The translations under genes were made by a program, and so were the position numbers. A stretch of DNA of 63,305 nt, the filler included, from Octopus bimaculoides (Eukaryota), in the NCBI RefSeq assembly GCF_001194135.2. It is 5 parts of 5 records of this genome, joined end to end, with 100 filler letters (N's around TTAATTAATTAA, not from the genome) between each part and the next. Parts side by side here need not be neighbours in the genome. Positions count along the whole stretch, not along the records: positions 30,324 to 54,538 come from NC_068990.1; 4 more parts are not named here. One strand, 5' to 3'. A model generated the notes under the pieces. It worked only from the letters and a program-made list of their open reading frames with translations, had not been told where the DNA came from and did no database searches. Below, piece by piece: positions 33,901-46,748 of the stretch; positions within the stretch are counted from its first letter, which is position 1, and each line of letters starts with the position of its first letter.

Positions 33901-34614
33901 TGACAATGAGAAATAGGGTGTGCAAGAGAGATGGTGTGAGAGGTGTGTGATGTAATAGCAGTGACGTGAAACAGTAAGTTTAATGGCTCTGAAACAACAA
34001 CAGATCAGAGTTAGTGTGTAGAGTATGACATTCTAAAGTGTCTGCCGAGCTTGAAATATTTCTCACTGTTCCTCACTGACCTTATTTCATTGACTGTTGA
34101 TGATAAAACATGGCTGCGTTCCGACAGCGAATGAATGAATGGCCGCGCAAAGTGTCGTCTGCTATTTAATGGACACTTACCCCCCCCCCCCGCAGCAGAC
34201 GACATCAACTGACAGATAAGCAAATTCTGCAAATATGGCCAGATGATGATGTTTTCCAATAATTCTGCCAATACCAGTGTTTTATTTGAGATCGTTATAG
34301 TATAATCATGTTAGTAGCAGACAACGTGTATTCAATGTTGCAGTTCTGTTATGATTGCTGAGACGTTTGTTCTTATAGTTATAGCTGGTATTGCTTTTGT
34401 TGTTGCTGTTGTTGCCGTTAAATTTACAATTGTTGTGATAATTATTGTTAAAGTTGTTACTGTTGTGATGTTGGTGTTTCGATTATTGTTGTTGTAGTTG
34501 CTACGTCGTTCTTCTTGCTTTCGGGTTATTTCTATAGTTGTTAGTGTTGTTGCCACGCTTGGAATTGTTGTCATGAATTAGGACATTGCGTCTTGATGTT
34601 ATTGTTTCAGTTGT

Positions 34615-34832
34615 CGAAGGTAGAGTAATGGCAGAGTCATTAGAGTGTCAGAAAAATGCTTTGCGGTATATCTTTCGTAATATTTTCGTCCTAAGTTCAA
34701 ATTCCACCGAGACCGACTTTGCCTTTCATCCTTTCTGGTCGATAAAGTAAGTACCAGTTGAGCACTGAGGTCAATATAATAGAGTTACCCGCTTCCCTAA
34801 AACTGTTGGCCTTGAGCCAAAATTTTAAACCA
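34615..34832 (+). mobile_element. SINE family B
   Basis: AAGTTCAAATTCCACCGAGACCGACTTTGCCTTTCATCCTTT..GTCGATAAAGTAAGTACCAG. Confidence 0.85.
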
Positions 34833-35110
34833 TTGTTGTGATTGTCGAAGGCGGCGTGTTGGCAGACTTGTTAGAGTCTTCTTTATGTTCGGGGTTCAAA
34901 TCTCGCCGAGGTCTCTATCTGTGTTTCTCTCTTTCTCTCTCTATCTCTATCTATTTGTGTGTGCTGTCTTACTGTCTGGGTCACTTCTCCAATATACAAC
35001 GATACACATACTTGCACACACACACACACACAGAGTATATTTTCCCGTTAATTGGTGAGATTAACAAAGAACCTATTCCATCCAGTGAGAGATAAGTATT
35101 ATTTTATATA

Positions 35111-35323
35111 CACAAGATATAAAATTGAGCCACTCTAAATTTCATATTAGGATAGTAAGAAAGTCGGACGAGCTTGTATAGTGTACTATGTCCTATCGTC
35201 CAATCTTTCGGGCTTGAGGATCATCTGAAGGATTGTCCGATAATACACATGTTGTACAAGCTCGTCTGACAATTGTACTATCGTAAGCATGAAACTTAGA
35301 GTGGCTCAATTTTAAATCCGGTG
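35111..35323. mobile_element. TA-flanked MITE with about 70-bp TIRs (Tc1/mariner-like)
   Basis: AAAATTGAGCCACTCTAA..GACGAGCTTGTA at 35107-35180 is inverted at 35253-35327. Confidence 0.85.
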
Positions 35324-35391
35324 CATATTAAATATAAGTTCACGTACAGCGAGACAGGAGATGGAGAAGTGGAGTATAGGGTGAGTCGTGA

Positions 35392-35636
35392 AGTCACTTT
35401 CTCGTAAAAGGGGTTTGTCAATATTCCTTTCTACTAAAGGCACAAGGCCTGAAATTTTGGAAGAGGGGATTAGTTGAGTACTTCGATCCCAGTGTTTCAC
35501 TAATACTTAATTCATCGACTCCGAAAGTATGAAAGGCAAATTCGACCTCGGTGTAATTTGAACTCAGAACATAGCGATGGGCGAAATAGCGCTAAGTATT
35601 TTGCCCGGCGTGCTAACGATTCTGCCAGCTCGCCAC
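35392..35636 (-). mobile_element. SINE family B
   Basis: GGCACAAGGCCTGAAATTTT tail and CGGCGTGCTAACGATTCTGCCAGCTCGCC head, both as reverse complement. Confidence 0.9.
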
Positions 35637-35878
35637 GTTGAATTAGTTAATAACAGTATGACATATATTGAATTCTTAAAAGTCTTTTGGATAAAATGGA
35701 AAATAGGTTGAAGACAACAAGTGGGACGCGAAGCAGGAGCTTCTGCAATCATAGCAGCTCGTGTACCATCAGTTGACCGTTTCCTTTTCATCCAAGGTTT
35801 TCTTTTTTAAGAGTATTGTTTATAGCTGTATCTTCTTCGAGACTCACCCTTATGCACACATATACACGCGCGCGCGTG

Positions 35879-35910
<32 letters not shown>

Positions 35911-36100
35911 TACATATATATATAAATACATAAATATATATATGTGTGTGTGTGTGTGTGTGTATGTATACAATATATAATATAGACAGATATTTACATA
36001 CATACATGTATAAGTGGCCAACACACAAAACTCCCATATATATATACATAGATAGATAGAGAGATAGAGAGAGAGAGACAGACAGACATACAGAGATACA

Positions 36101-36132
<32 letters not shown>

Positions 36133-36558
36133 CGTAAGCCCGCGTATGTATATGTGTGTGAGGGTGGTATTTACAAGCGTGTGCATACATACACACGTAT
36201 ATCTGTCTGAAGACCACATATATGTTAATGCGCAAACGTCCACCTACACAACCATACAGGCGATGAAGGAAGGAAAGACAGAGCAGGATGAAACTGAACA
36301 AGAAATAAGATAATGAGGCTGGGTGCCGAAGCGATAATAATAACGAGACCTGGGGAAATTGCACTTTCTATAGCTTTCTTATTTATATTTTGATGCATAA
36401 ATTTATGATATTGCTTCGTTATGTTAATGATTTCGATTATGTTATCGATTTCATTATAATCCAGATAAAAACCACAGAACCAACATATAGTACCTCATTT
36501 GAGAAAGTGGAACCGTACACGAACTGTTCTGTAATCAGTTGTGCAGTCAGCCACGCTC

Positions 36559-36623
<65 letters not shown>

Positions 36624-36639
36624 CTATATATTCTTTTAC

Positions 36640-36885
36640 CTTTTTTTTGTCATTGGACTGCGACCATGCTGGAGCACCTCCTCAAAGAGTTTTAGTTGAA
36701 GAAATCGAACTCAGGACTTTACACTTTGCAAGTCTAGCACTTATTCTATCTGGAGGTTTTTTTGTGCCGAACCGCTGAGTTACGGGGACGTAAGGACACA
36801 AACATCGGTTGTCAAGCGATGGTGGGGGAGGGACAAACACAGACACATAGACACACACATAAATATAGACATACATACATACACA

Positions 36886-36924
<39 letters not shown>

Positions 36925-37036
36925 GATGAGCTTCTTTCAGTTTCATCTGCGGAATCCACTCACAAGGCTTTGGTCGGCCCAAGGCTATAGTAGAAGACAC
37001 TTGCCCGAGATGCCACGCAGTGGGACTGAACCATGT
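36640..37036 (-). mobile_element. SINE family A with internal (TA)n
   Basis: All modules present; head truncated. Confidence 0.9.
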
Positions 37037-37043
37037 GGATATA

Positions 37044-37106
37044 TTCTATAGCCTCGGTTCGACCAAAGCCTTGTGAGTGGATTTGGTAGACAGAAACTGA
37101 AAGAAG
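37044..37106 (+). mobile_element. SINE family A fragment running into a gap
   Basis: TTCTATAGCCTCGGTTCGACCAAAGCCTTGTGAGTGGATTTGGTAGAC. Confidence 0.88.
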
Positions 37107-37412
37107 NNNNNNNNNNNNNNNNNNNNNNNNNNNNNNNNNNNNNNNNNNNNNNNNNNNNNNNNNNNNNNNNNNNNNNNNNNNNNNNNNNNNNNNNNNNNNN
37201 NNNNNNNNNNNNNNNNNNNNNNNNNNNNNNNNNNNNNNNNNNNNNNNNNNNNNNNNNNNNNNNNNNNNNNNNNNNNNNNNNNNNNNNNNNNNNNNNNNNN
37301 NNNNNNNNNNNNNNNNNNNNNNNNNNNNNNNNNNNNNNNNNNNNNNNNNNNNNNNNNNNNNNNNNNNNNNNNNNNNNNNNNNNNNNNNNNNNNNNNNNNN
37401 NNNAAAGATAAA

Positions 37413-37475
<63 letters not shown>

Positions 37476-37537
37476 TATATATATATACACAAACACACAC
37501 ACATGTATATATATCAGTAATTACACACACCACACGC

Positions 37538-37569
<32 letters not shown>

Positions 37570-38658
37570 TACATGCACACACACACAAACACACACTCAA
37601 ATACATCTTTGCACTGTTGTATTGGACAATTTCCTCCACATTTCCTCAACGATATCGACTGAGTCTTCAAACTTAGATACATCGATTGAAATTTAACAGT
37701 CACAATAAACCATATCATGTCTGTGTGTGTGTGTATGTATGTATGTAGATATGTAAGTATGTATGTATGTATGTATGTAAAACCCAACTCCCAAAGAAAG
37801 ATCAAAGAAAAAAGAAAGTAGCAAAAGATATAAAATGACATTATTCAAAGAAAATGTTTTGGATCAAATATCTGTAATTACAGTGGAAGAAGATATTGTA
37901 TTTGCACAAAAACAAAAAGAAGAAAAAAACGAAAGAAAGAAAGAAAGAAAATGCAAAGAAATTTCAGCTCGAAATATTTGTTTCGTATTTTTTCAAGTAA
38001 GATTTCATTATCTGTAGATGGATATTCGGTGAGAAAAAGATGTCGTTTGGAGAGATTTGTGTCGTTTTTTTTATATATCTTCGTATGAGGGTGTGGGGGT
38101 GGAGCTAGTTTTGTTTTTGTTGTTTTTTCTTTTCATTGGGTCTCGGAAAGTTGTGAATGTTGTTATGGATACAGATGTCCTTCGAGAGATTGCGGTTTTG
38201 ATTTAATTACATTATTTATACTTCTATTTTATTTATTCTTATTTATTTATCCGTTTTATTTTATATATTTAACCATTATGTTTATTTATTTTTTTTGTCT
38301 TATATTGCTTTACATATTTTTTTTTTTTATGTAAAGAGATGAAATGTCTATTTTTTTTCTTGTTGATCTATTGCTGTTGTTGTTGTTGTTGTTGTTGCCG
38401 TTGTTACTGTTAATGCCACTATTGTCGCTGGTGTCGGTGGTACTGATGATTTTTTGTTTTGTTTTTGTTTTTTTTGTTTTTCTTTTTTTCTTCTTCTTTG
38501 TTGTTTTTTTTTTTTGACTTAGAAATGTCTTTCTCGTCATCGTTCCACAAGTTTTAGAGATTGCCAGTTATTCAAAATAGTTTCTATTATCCTATTGCCA
38601 CAGATTCAGTTTTACTATCGAAAACAGCACAAATCTTTCTTTTTTTTTTGTTTTCAGG

Positions 38659-38694
<36 letters not shown>

Positions 38695-38761
38695 NNNNNN
38701 NNNNAATGTTTGTTTTTTGTTTCTCGAAACGAATCTATCTTTTTTTTTTTTTATCATTTAT

Positions 38762-38888
38762 GGCTATGTGGATAAAACGTTCGCTTTGAAATCATGTGGT
38801 TTCGGATTCAGTCCCACTGCGCGGCACCTTGAGCAAGTGTCTCCTACAATAGCCCCGGAGCAACCAACGCATTGTGAGCGAATTTGTT
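38762..38888 (+). mobile_element. SINE family A, diverged 5' part
   Basis: CATGTGGTTTCGGATTCAGTCCCACTGCGCGGCACCTTGAGCAAGTGTC. Confidence 0.8.
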
Positions 38889-38927
38889 AAGTGGTACACA
38901 GAAATTGTCTCGAGAAAGATATATATT

Positions 38928-39129
38928 CAGTAACCCCTCACCATATCGCGGTTCATCTATCGCGTTTCACCTATCGCGGTTTATTATTTAAGCTTACGTA
39001 CATTCCTCCGTGGTGTTGTTTTGCATTTACAATAAAATAAACATATACATATTATAAAAATTATTTAAAAAGTATACAGTACAGTAGTGTTTCTACGTCG
39101 CGGATTTTCACTTATCGCGGTGATTACTG
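38928..39129. mobile_element. Tigger/pogo-like MITE
   Basis: Left CAGTAACCCCTCACCATATCGCGG with repeated CTATCGCG; right CTTATCGCGG..TTACTG (partly deleted). Confidence 0.6.
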
Positions 39130-39289
39130 TTTAACTATTGTAGTCACACGCAAGTGAATATGATTTGGTAATATGTAATATGTATCATTCTATCACCAAG
39201 TGTTTTAGACATCTGTGTGGTCGCGAGCATATATATATATGTGGGGGGGGGGGTGTATATACAAATATTCAAATTTGAATTTATATAGA

Positions 39290-39325
<36 letters not shown>

Positions 39326-39811
39326 CATCATCTGCGGTAAATAATGGTTTATTCATTACTTCCGTTATGTTATTGCGTAATGTATGAAGTGCGTTCTCCA
39401 CCTATCGAAGCTCCAGCAACATTTTCGTTTCTTTTAAACGTTCATAAAGATTCTTTGCTTACATTAAACTGTTTTACAGTTAAGACTTTCCTATCCATTT
39501 TGAAGTTGATTTCATGTATTAACCTTCAATTCCGGGAAAATTGACTTCCTCTGTGTATGCGATTTTATTGTTCAATCTCGAAAATATTTTACAAATGCGA
39601 AAATATTAGTCTAACTTAAGCTTTAGTTTAAAATGTGATCTGACTCACCATCGACCGTTTAAAAGGAAAGTAATGAGAATGGAAAATGAAACATAACCGA
39701 AATATAATGATGACGAGGTGCTTCTGTTTAAGGAATCTAAAAAATAATGGCGATAATTTTACCCAGACATAAAACGTGCTAATGTGAAATTGTGCAAAAT
39801 GAACATATAGA

Positions 39812-40320
39812 ATGAAGGACAACTACACACACCCACTCACCCTTCCACATACACACAGGCACACACAAATATACACATGCACACACACACACACAGGTAC
39901 ACACAAACATACACACGCGCACAAACACATACACACACATATGCACACATGCGAACACACACACGTGCGCACACACAGGCACACACAAAAAAGTACATAC
40001 ATGCACACACATACACATACACAGTCACACACGCACAGGCATAGGCACACCACACGAACTTACACACGGACACACATACACAGAGGCACACACAAACAAA
40101 TATACATGCACACACAAATAAACGTATACATGCACAAACACGCACACACACACAGAGGCATACCGCAAAAACTTACACACGCATACACACATACACAGAG
40201 GCACGCACACTCACACACACACAGAGAGGCACACACAAACAATCCAACACACGCATGCACATACACACAGACATACACACGCATAGAGACACACACAAAT
40301 AAATACACATTCACACGTAT

Positions 40321-40372
<52 letters not shown>
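39812..40372. repeat. Degenerate (CA)n tract
   Basis: Direct reading; source of the His/Thr and Cys/Val ORFs in the track. Confidence 0.95.
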
Positions 40373-40373
<1 letters not shown>

Positions 40374-40502
40374 AGCAGGCACAGATCTTCATGTACAATT
40401 TAATCTATTAACTTTTATCTTTCATTTGTAACTTGTTTCAATCATTAGACTGCAGCCATGCAGTCAGACAAATCAACCCCCACTACATTTGTTTTTCTAA
40501 GC

Positions 40503-40690
40503 CTTATGGCTCAGTGGTTAGAGCGTCGGGCTAAACAATAATGAGGTAATGAGTTCGATTCCCGGCCCAGGCTGTGTGTTGTGTTCTTGAGCAAGACAAC
40601 TTTATTTCACGTTACCCCAGTTCGCTCAGCTGTTGAAATAAGTTGCAACGTCAGTGATGCGCAACTGGCTCTTTCTCTATTGGCAAGAAA
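40503..40690 (+). mobile_element. SINE family D, 3'-truncated
   Basis: A box TGGCTCAGTGG at 40507-17, GAGTTCGATTCC, GTGTTCTTGAGCAAGAC; homologous to 14-352. Confidence 0.85.
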
Positions 40691-40712
40691 TCTTGAAATT
40701 AACTGAATAATG

Positions 40713-40744
<32 letters not shown>

Positions 40745-41083
40745 GCATACATGTAGTGACCAGCTGTTGCATATATTTTGCCACTCCAATATGCAAGAGT
40801 GACAGTAAGAATATGCAAGACTTTTCAAAAGGTCACTGTTTTTATTCAAATTTTAGCGATAAAGTTTCGTTTCCGAATTAGAAAACAGTTGCCTCTTCGT
40901 GTGAATACGTTAAATAAGTTTTTTTTAAATGGTACTCACGCATACACACGTACATACATAACATACATACATAGCATTTATACATATATAACATAGACAC
41001 ACAATATTAATACATGCATGCCAACTCATAGTCATACATACATACATACACCTGCATATACATATATATGCACAGACTTACAT

Positions 41084-41467
41084 GTTGTTGGCACTCCGTC
41101 GCTTACGACGACGAAGGTTCCAGTTGACCCGATCAACGGAACAGCCTGCTCGTGAAATTAACGTGCAAGTGGCTGAGAACTCCACAGACATGTGTACCCT
41201 TAACGTAGTTCTCAGGGATATTCAGCGTGACACAGTGTGACAAGGCTGACCCTTTGAATTACAGGCACAACAGAAACAGGAAATAAGAGTGAGAGAAAGT
41301 TGTGGCGAAAGAGTACAGCAGGGTTCGCCACCATCCCCTGCCGGAGCCTCGTGGAGTTTTAGGTGTTTTCGCTCAATAAACGCTCACAACGCCCGGTCTG
41401 GGAATCGAAACTGCGATCCTATGACCAAGAGTCCGCTGCCCTTGCCACTGGGCCATTGCGCCTCCAC
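41084..41467 (-). mobile_element. SINE family C, full length, with perfect 14-bp TSD
   Basis: GCACAGACTTACAT at 41070-83 and 41468-81. Confidence 0.95.
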
Positions 41468-42741
41468 GCACAGACTTACATATAAAGAATTATACATACA
41501 CGCATACTTTAACACATAGATTTACATACAGGTGCATATTTAAGTATATCCATATATACGTACACACAAATACATACGCAAGCACATGCATCCGTATACA
41601 CACATAGATGCGTTTATACACACATAAATACCAATACACATTCGTAGTATGTATGCTAGTCACCGCATGTCCATATATATTTATATACATACTTACATGT
41701 AGTGACCAGCTACATACATTATTTGCAGATATATATTAAGTCACACGCAGATCCGCGCACGCACACGTTGAGGTTTGCTGCGGGTTAAAGGAATGAACCA
41801 GGCTGTTTATCATTCGAATATAACAACTACAACTAGAACCGTTTCTGATAAGGCAACAAAACCACAAATTAGCAATTAGTGTGATTAAACCTGATTCTAA
41901 AATAATGAACATTATTTTTATTTTTTTAAATTTTGTTTCATTTATTTTTTTTTTTTCTTGATTTCTTTATTTAACATTTTCACCAGTTCGAACTGAATGA
42001 CTGTTCTAGTATCGAAACAAATGGAGACAGAACTCTGAACAATAGCAACAACGACGACGACGGCAATGGCTTGTTACATGCAGGGTTGTATTTAATGAAA
42101 CCTGTTCTGAAATGCCATGGCTAGTGTTTGTGGCGCCATCTTCCGACCTGTTCTCGTACAGCCGTGTGTCGTCTGCCAGAAACGTTTGCGTGATAAATAT
42201 GTTGTTTCTTCGACTTTTAGTCTTTTTTTCGGTTGAGTATAATAACAACTTCTTGACTCTGTTTGAAAGTACCTTTTAACATTGCTGCCTTTTATATGTT
42301 TCTTTATTTGAAAAAGAAAAGAGTAAAGTAAAGAAGAAAAGAGAGAAAGGAAGAAAACGCAAAGAAAATTAGCTCAAGAATTGTATATTGTAAATAAATG
42401 AATCTATTCGAGCAAGGACCGTTCTACGGTACGAAAGAAAAATTTAGCTGAAACAACTAAATATGAAACATCAGCGTATTCACCCTTCTTGTTCTGATTT
42501 TCTGGGTAGTGTTGGGGGAGGTTGTNNNNNNNNNNNNNNNNNNNNNNNNNNNNNNNNNNNNNNNNNNNNNNNNNNNNNNNNNNNNNNNNNNNNNNNNNNN
42601 NNNNNNNNNNNNNNNNNNNNNNNNNNNNNNNNNNNNNNNNNNNNNNNNNNNNNNNNNNNNNNNNNNNNNNNNNNNNNNNNNNNNNNNNNNNNNNNNNNNN
42701 NNNNNNNNNNNNNNNNNNNNNNNNNNNNNNNNNNNNNNNNN

Positions 42742-42769
<28 letters not shown>

Positions 42770-42773
<4 letters not shown>

Positions 42774-43066
42774 TCTTTACTCTTTACTCTTTTACTTGTT
42801 TCAGTCTTTTGACTGTGGCCTTGCTGGAGCATCGCCTTTAGTCGAGCAAATCGTCCCCGAAAGGACGAAAGGCAAAGTCGGGCGAAATGCTTAGCAGTAT
42901 TTCACTCGTCTTCACGTTCTGAGTTTAAATTCCGCCGAGGTCAACTTTGCCTTTCGTTCTTTCAGGTTCGATAAATTAAGTACCAGTGAAACACTGGAGT
43001 CGATGTAATCGACTAGTCCCCTCCCCGCCAGACTTGTAAGCCTTGTGCCTTTAGTAGAAAGGATTA
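42770..43066. mobile_element. SINE-A 3' end (minus) fused to SINE-B (plus)
   Basis: CTTTTACTTGTTTCAGTC..GCTGGAGCATCGCC, then GGGCGAAATGCTTAGC..GTTCGATAAATTAAGTACCAG. Confidence 0.85.
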
Positions 43067-43602
43067 TTAAAAACTCTTTAATGTTTTACGTTCAAATCCC
43101 ATCCTGGTTGTCTTTGAATGTCACCCCTCTAGTATCAAGAAAATAAAGTACTGCATGGCTAATGTGGGCTGAACCAATCCTCTGAACACCTCTCAAACTT
43201 CGTAGACTCTGTGTCTATATTAAAAATATTATACAATACGGGAAATAAATGAAAGAGTAAGTGCTTTAATGTATTCTGACATCGCATATAATAACGTGAA
43301 AATAAATGACCTTGTGACATTGTATTAATAGAAACGGATCAAACGATCTCTTTGCAGTCAAAACCGAAAGTTTTAACCAGAAAGCACGCTTGCTAAATGA
43401 GTTTAACTTAATTAAATTAGCAATTCGTATGCTTTAAAGAGATTAAATATCGTAAGAAAGTTTTTAGATCTTTTAAACACTACAGCAATCCAGATAATTC
43501 GATACTGTGACATCACTAATGAAATAACAAAGCTCGTCCAGGTTTGAGCAGTTTGAGTTTCTGCATTATTTTAGATGACATCACGGGTTTTGCCTTATCG
43601 CT

Positions 43603-43603
43603 G

Positions 43604-43653
<50 letters not shown>

Positions 43654-43776
43654 TTATTTATTTATCTATCTATTTATTTATTTATCTATCTGTCTATCTA
43701 TCAATTTATCGAGTTATCTTCCCAAAGCTATTTATCAAGCTCACTATCTTTTTTACTATCTACATCTCGCCTTCTC

Positions 43777-43838
<62 letters not shown>

Positions 43839-44007
43839 TTCTGTACATTCACACATACACACATATGTATGAATATATGTATGATTGTAAGTATGCATGT
43901 GTATACGTCTATGTACGTGTATCAAGTATGTAAATACATCAAGCTATTAACTTTCCTGCAATCAAATTCTATATCTACTTATACTACTACTGCTGCTACT
44001 ACTACTG

Positions 44008-44053
<46 letters not shown>
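43603..44053. repeat. (CTAT)n, (CT)n and (CTA)n microsatellites
   Basis: Direct reading. Confidence 0.9.
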
Positions 44054-44055
<2 letters not shown>

Positions 44056-44511
44056 AGTGCATACACATGTTCTTTCTCTTATCTCAGTTACATTTAACAG
44101 ACATAAAAACATTTTCTTCACATTTCGATTCTCTGTTCTGGTCGTTTGCCATGTTAGAAACGATTGTACAAAAACCAACATTTACCATGTCCCAGTAATT
44201 AACGAGGACCAAAGGCAGCAGCCAAGCCAAATCTCTGTCGCATCACACGCCCAGATCCCCCCAATCCCCTAAGTGATACCCTACCAGCTTCGAATGAAAG
44301 AACATATGGGAAAATATAGTCCTAGATGCACTATATCTGAAAAAGACAAAATGGAACAACATTAACAAGAAACACTACTACTACTACTGCTGCTACTGCT
44401 GCTACTGCTGCTGCTGCTGCTACCACTTCTACCTGGCACCTGTCATAGCTGGGTGGTAGATTTGATCCATCATCCCGGTTAACACCACCTAACGTTTATA
44501 TAATTGAGCGG

Positions 44512-44728
44512 TTCGTTACCAACCCGGCTGAAACCGGCTCTGGCTCTGAGTACAAATGTCTTGCTTTCATAAGTTTTGAATTAAAATCTTCCACCAAATC
44601 TTAGTCACAATTTATGTTCCTAACACTAGCTGAATGATAACTAAGTTATTTTACTAAATTCTTTGTTATATTTAAAGTAATTGAAAGAAACACCGAGCAT
44701 CTCAAAAATAAATACAGTAACGAAAGGG
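44512..44728. mobile_element. piggyBac-like MITE, left end eroded
   Basis: Right end GTAACGAAAGGG followed by TCAA (TTAA-like); left TTCGTTAC is its partial reverse complement. Confidence 0.6.
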
Positions 44729-44774
44729 TCAAATGCCGTTAGCGATGTCCACTCTTACAAACATTCGAATCAGG

Positions 44775-45241
44775 TTTACTCTTTTACTTGTTTCAGTCTT
44801 TTGACTGTGGCCATGCTGGAGCACCGCCGTTAGTCGAGNNNNNNNNNNNNNNNNNNNNNNNNNNNNNNNNNNNNNNNNNNNNNNNNNNNNNNNNNNNNNN
44901 NNNNNNNNNNNNNNNNNNNNNNNNNNNNNNNNNNNNNNNNNNNNNNNNNNNNNNNNNNNNNNNNNNNNNNNNNNNNNNNNNNNNNNNNNNNNNNNNNNNN
45001 NNNNNNNNNNNNNNNNNNNNNNNNNNNNNNNNNNNNNNNNNNNNNNNNNNNNNNNNNNNNNNNNNNNNNNNNNNNNNNNNNNNNNNNNNNNNNNNNNNNN
45101 NNNNNNNNNNNNNNNNNNNNCTCACATGGCTTTGGTCGGCCCGAGGCTATAGTAGAAGACACTTGCCCAAGATGCCACGCAGTGGGACTGAACCCGGGAC
45201 CATGTGGTTGGTAAGCAAACTACTTACCACACAGCCACTCC
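44775..45241 (-). mobile_element. SINE family A spanning a gap
   Basis: 3' end at 44775-44838 and 5' half at 45121-45241, same orientation. Confidence 0.88.
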
Positions 45242-46173
45242 TAGATAACTTTACTCTCTTTCTCTCACCAGTCTTGAAGGCCCAGTAAAATTCTCATGGG
45301 TGTCACCCTTTTCTCATTTTGACTAAACCCTGAAAATAATAGACGTTTGAACGAGAGATCTGATGCTTGCGAGGTAAACATCTTAAACCATTCACCTACG
45401 TCTTCCTCCTCTCTAACCGCCAAATGCTTGTACCACGTGTTCAAACGGCCTGGTATTTACAAAAGTCAAGTTTGACTTGCAAAATTATTTCAACAAGCTA
45501 CGTCAACGCGTCAAACATGTTGGCAGACAGGTATTTTCTAAATTCATACCTGATTAATCACCAATTACATACCTGCCTATTGATCTTCGCTGTCCTTACT
45601 CGCGACTCTACACATTCACAATTCTAATGTTCCGATTGACCTCTTGGAAACTGCGTCAGCGACTTTCTTAAAACTAGTAGTATACGCATTTTCAATGAAA
45701 TGTCAAAAATATTCCATCTTATGATCCAAATATAGATCTTTTTCTTGATTTTTTTTTCTTTTTCTAAATGTCGAACATTTCAAAAGTGAACTAGAAAACA
45801 TTGAGTTCACCTTTTTCTTCAGATGTAAATGTTAAACTCGATTCTTTTACATTATTTGTTCGGCGTAATTTTCTTTCGTGGCACTGAAGTGAGAAAACCA
45901 TGCTAAAGTCTTTAGTAAAAACTAATCAAACGTCAAGTTATACAACTTATATTTCTTTTATGACAATTTATGACAATGACACAGCAACAAATTAGGCCAT
46001 AAACTTGTAAGTTCAATATTACTCTTGCTAAACACAGAGGCCATAAACTAACGTTAAGTTCAATAATTACAACTTTAAAATTTGAGGTCAATTTCTATTT
46101 GTTGTATTGTATAGGTTGAAGGCTAGTAGTGGTAGCATGTCGCAGATCGCCGTTAATATTCTGAGTAGAAAAA

Positions 46174-46390
46174 GGCGGTCAGCTGGCAAAAATGTTAGCA
46201 CACCGGGCGAAATGCTTAGTGGTATTTCGTCTATCTTTATGTTCTGAGTTCAAATTCCGCCGAGGTCGACTATGCTTTTCAGCCTTGCGGGGTTGATGAA
46301 ATAAATACCAGTTGAACACTGGGGTCGATTTAATCGATTTAACCCCTCTCCCGATATTGCTGGCATAATGCGAAAATTTGAAATCATTAT
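46174..46390 (+). mobile_element. SINE family B
   Basis: Full head, body and tail. Confidence 0.9.
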
Positions 46391-46413
46391 TATATTAGCT
46401 ATTAAGGCTAAAT

Positions 46414-46539
46414 TTATCGACCCCGAAAGGATGAAATTTAAAGTCGATATCGGCGGAATTTGAACTCAGAATGTAACGGCAGACGAAATACCGCTAAGCA
46501 TTTCGCCCGGTGTGCTAACGTTTCTGCCAGCTCGCCATC
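46414..46539 (-). mobile_element. SINE family B, 5' half
   Basis: Reverse complement of the 46174 head and body. Confidence 0.9.
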
Positions 46540-46561
46540 TTAGCATGATATTATATTAACG

Positions 46562-46748
46562 CGTGATCTCGTTTAATACGTAAGTTTGTATCCACGTGTG
46601 ATTTCAGACATACTTTAAAACGTAGTTTCATTTCTCGTGAAATCTCGTTGCTACATTTATACGAAGTTTGTGTTCTCGTGTGATCTCGTTATACCGGTAG
46701 AACGGAGTTTATGTTCACGTGTAATCTCGTTAATGCATTTATACGGTT
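46562..46748. repeat. Degenerate minisatellite, about 41-bp unit, 5 copies
   Basis: CGTG(T/A)(G/A)ATCTCGTT...ACG(A/T/G)AGTTT recurs five times. Confidence 0.75.

Noticed and set aside
45763-45826. Minus-strand CTGAAGA-stem-GAAA-TGT.TCG.ACA-TT hammerhead-like string
   Set aside because: Stem I does not pair and stem II closes with A-U runs; plausible by chance in AT-rich sequence.
46003-46070. Short direct repeat GGCCATAAACT..TAAGTTCAATA twice
   Set aside because: Only two degenerate copies; a local duplication, not CRISPR-like (no array, no cas genes, eukaryotic context).
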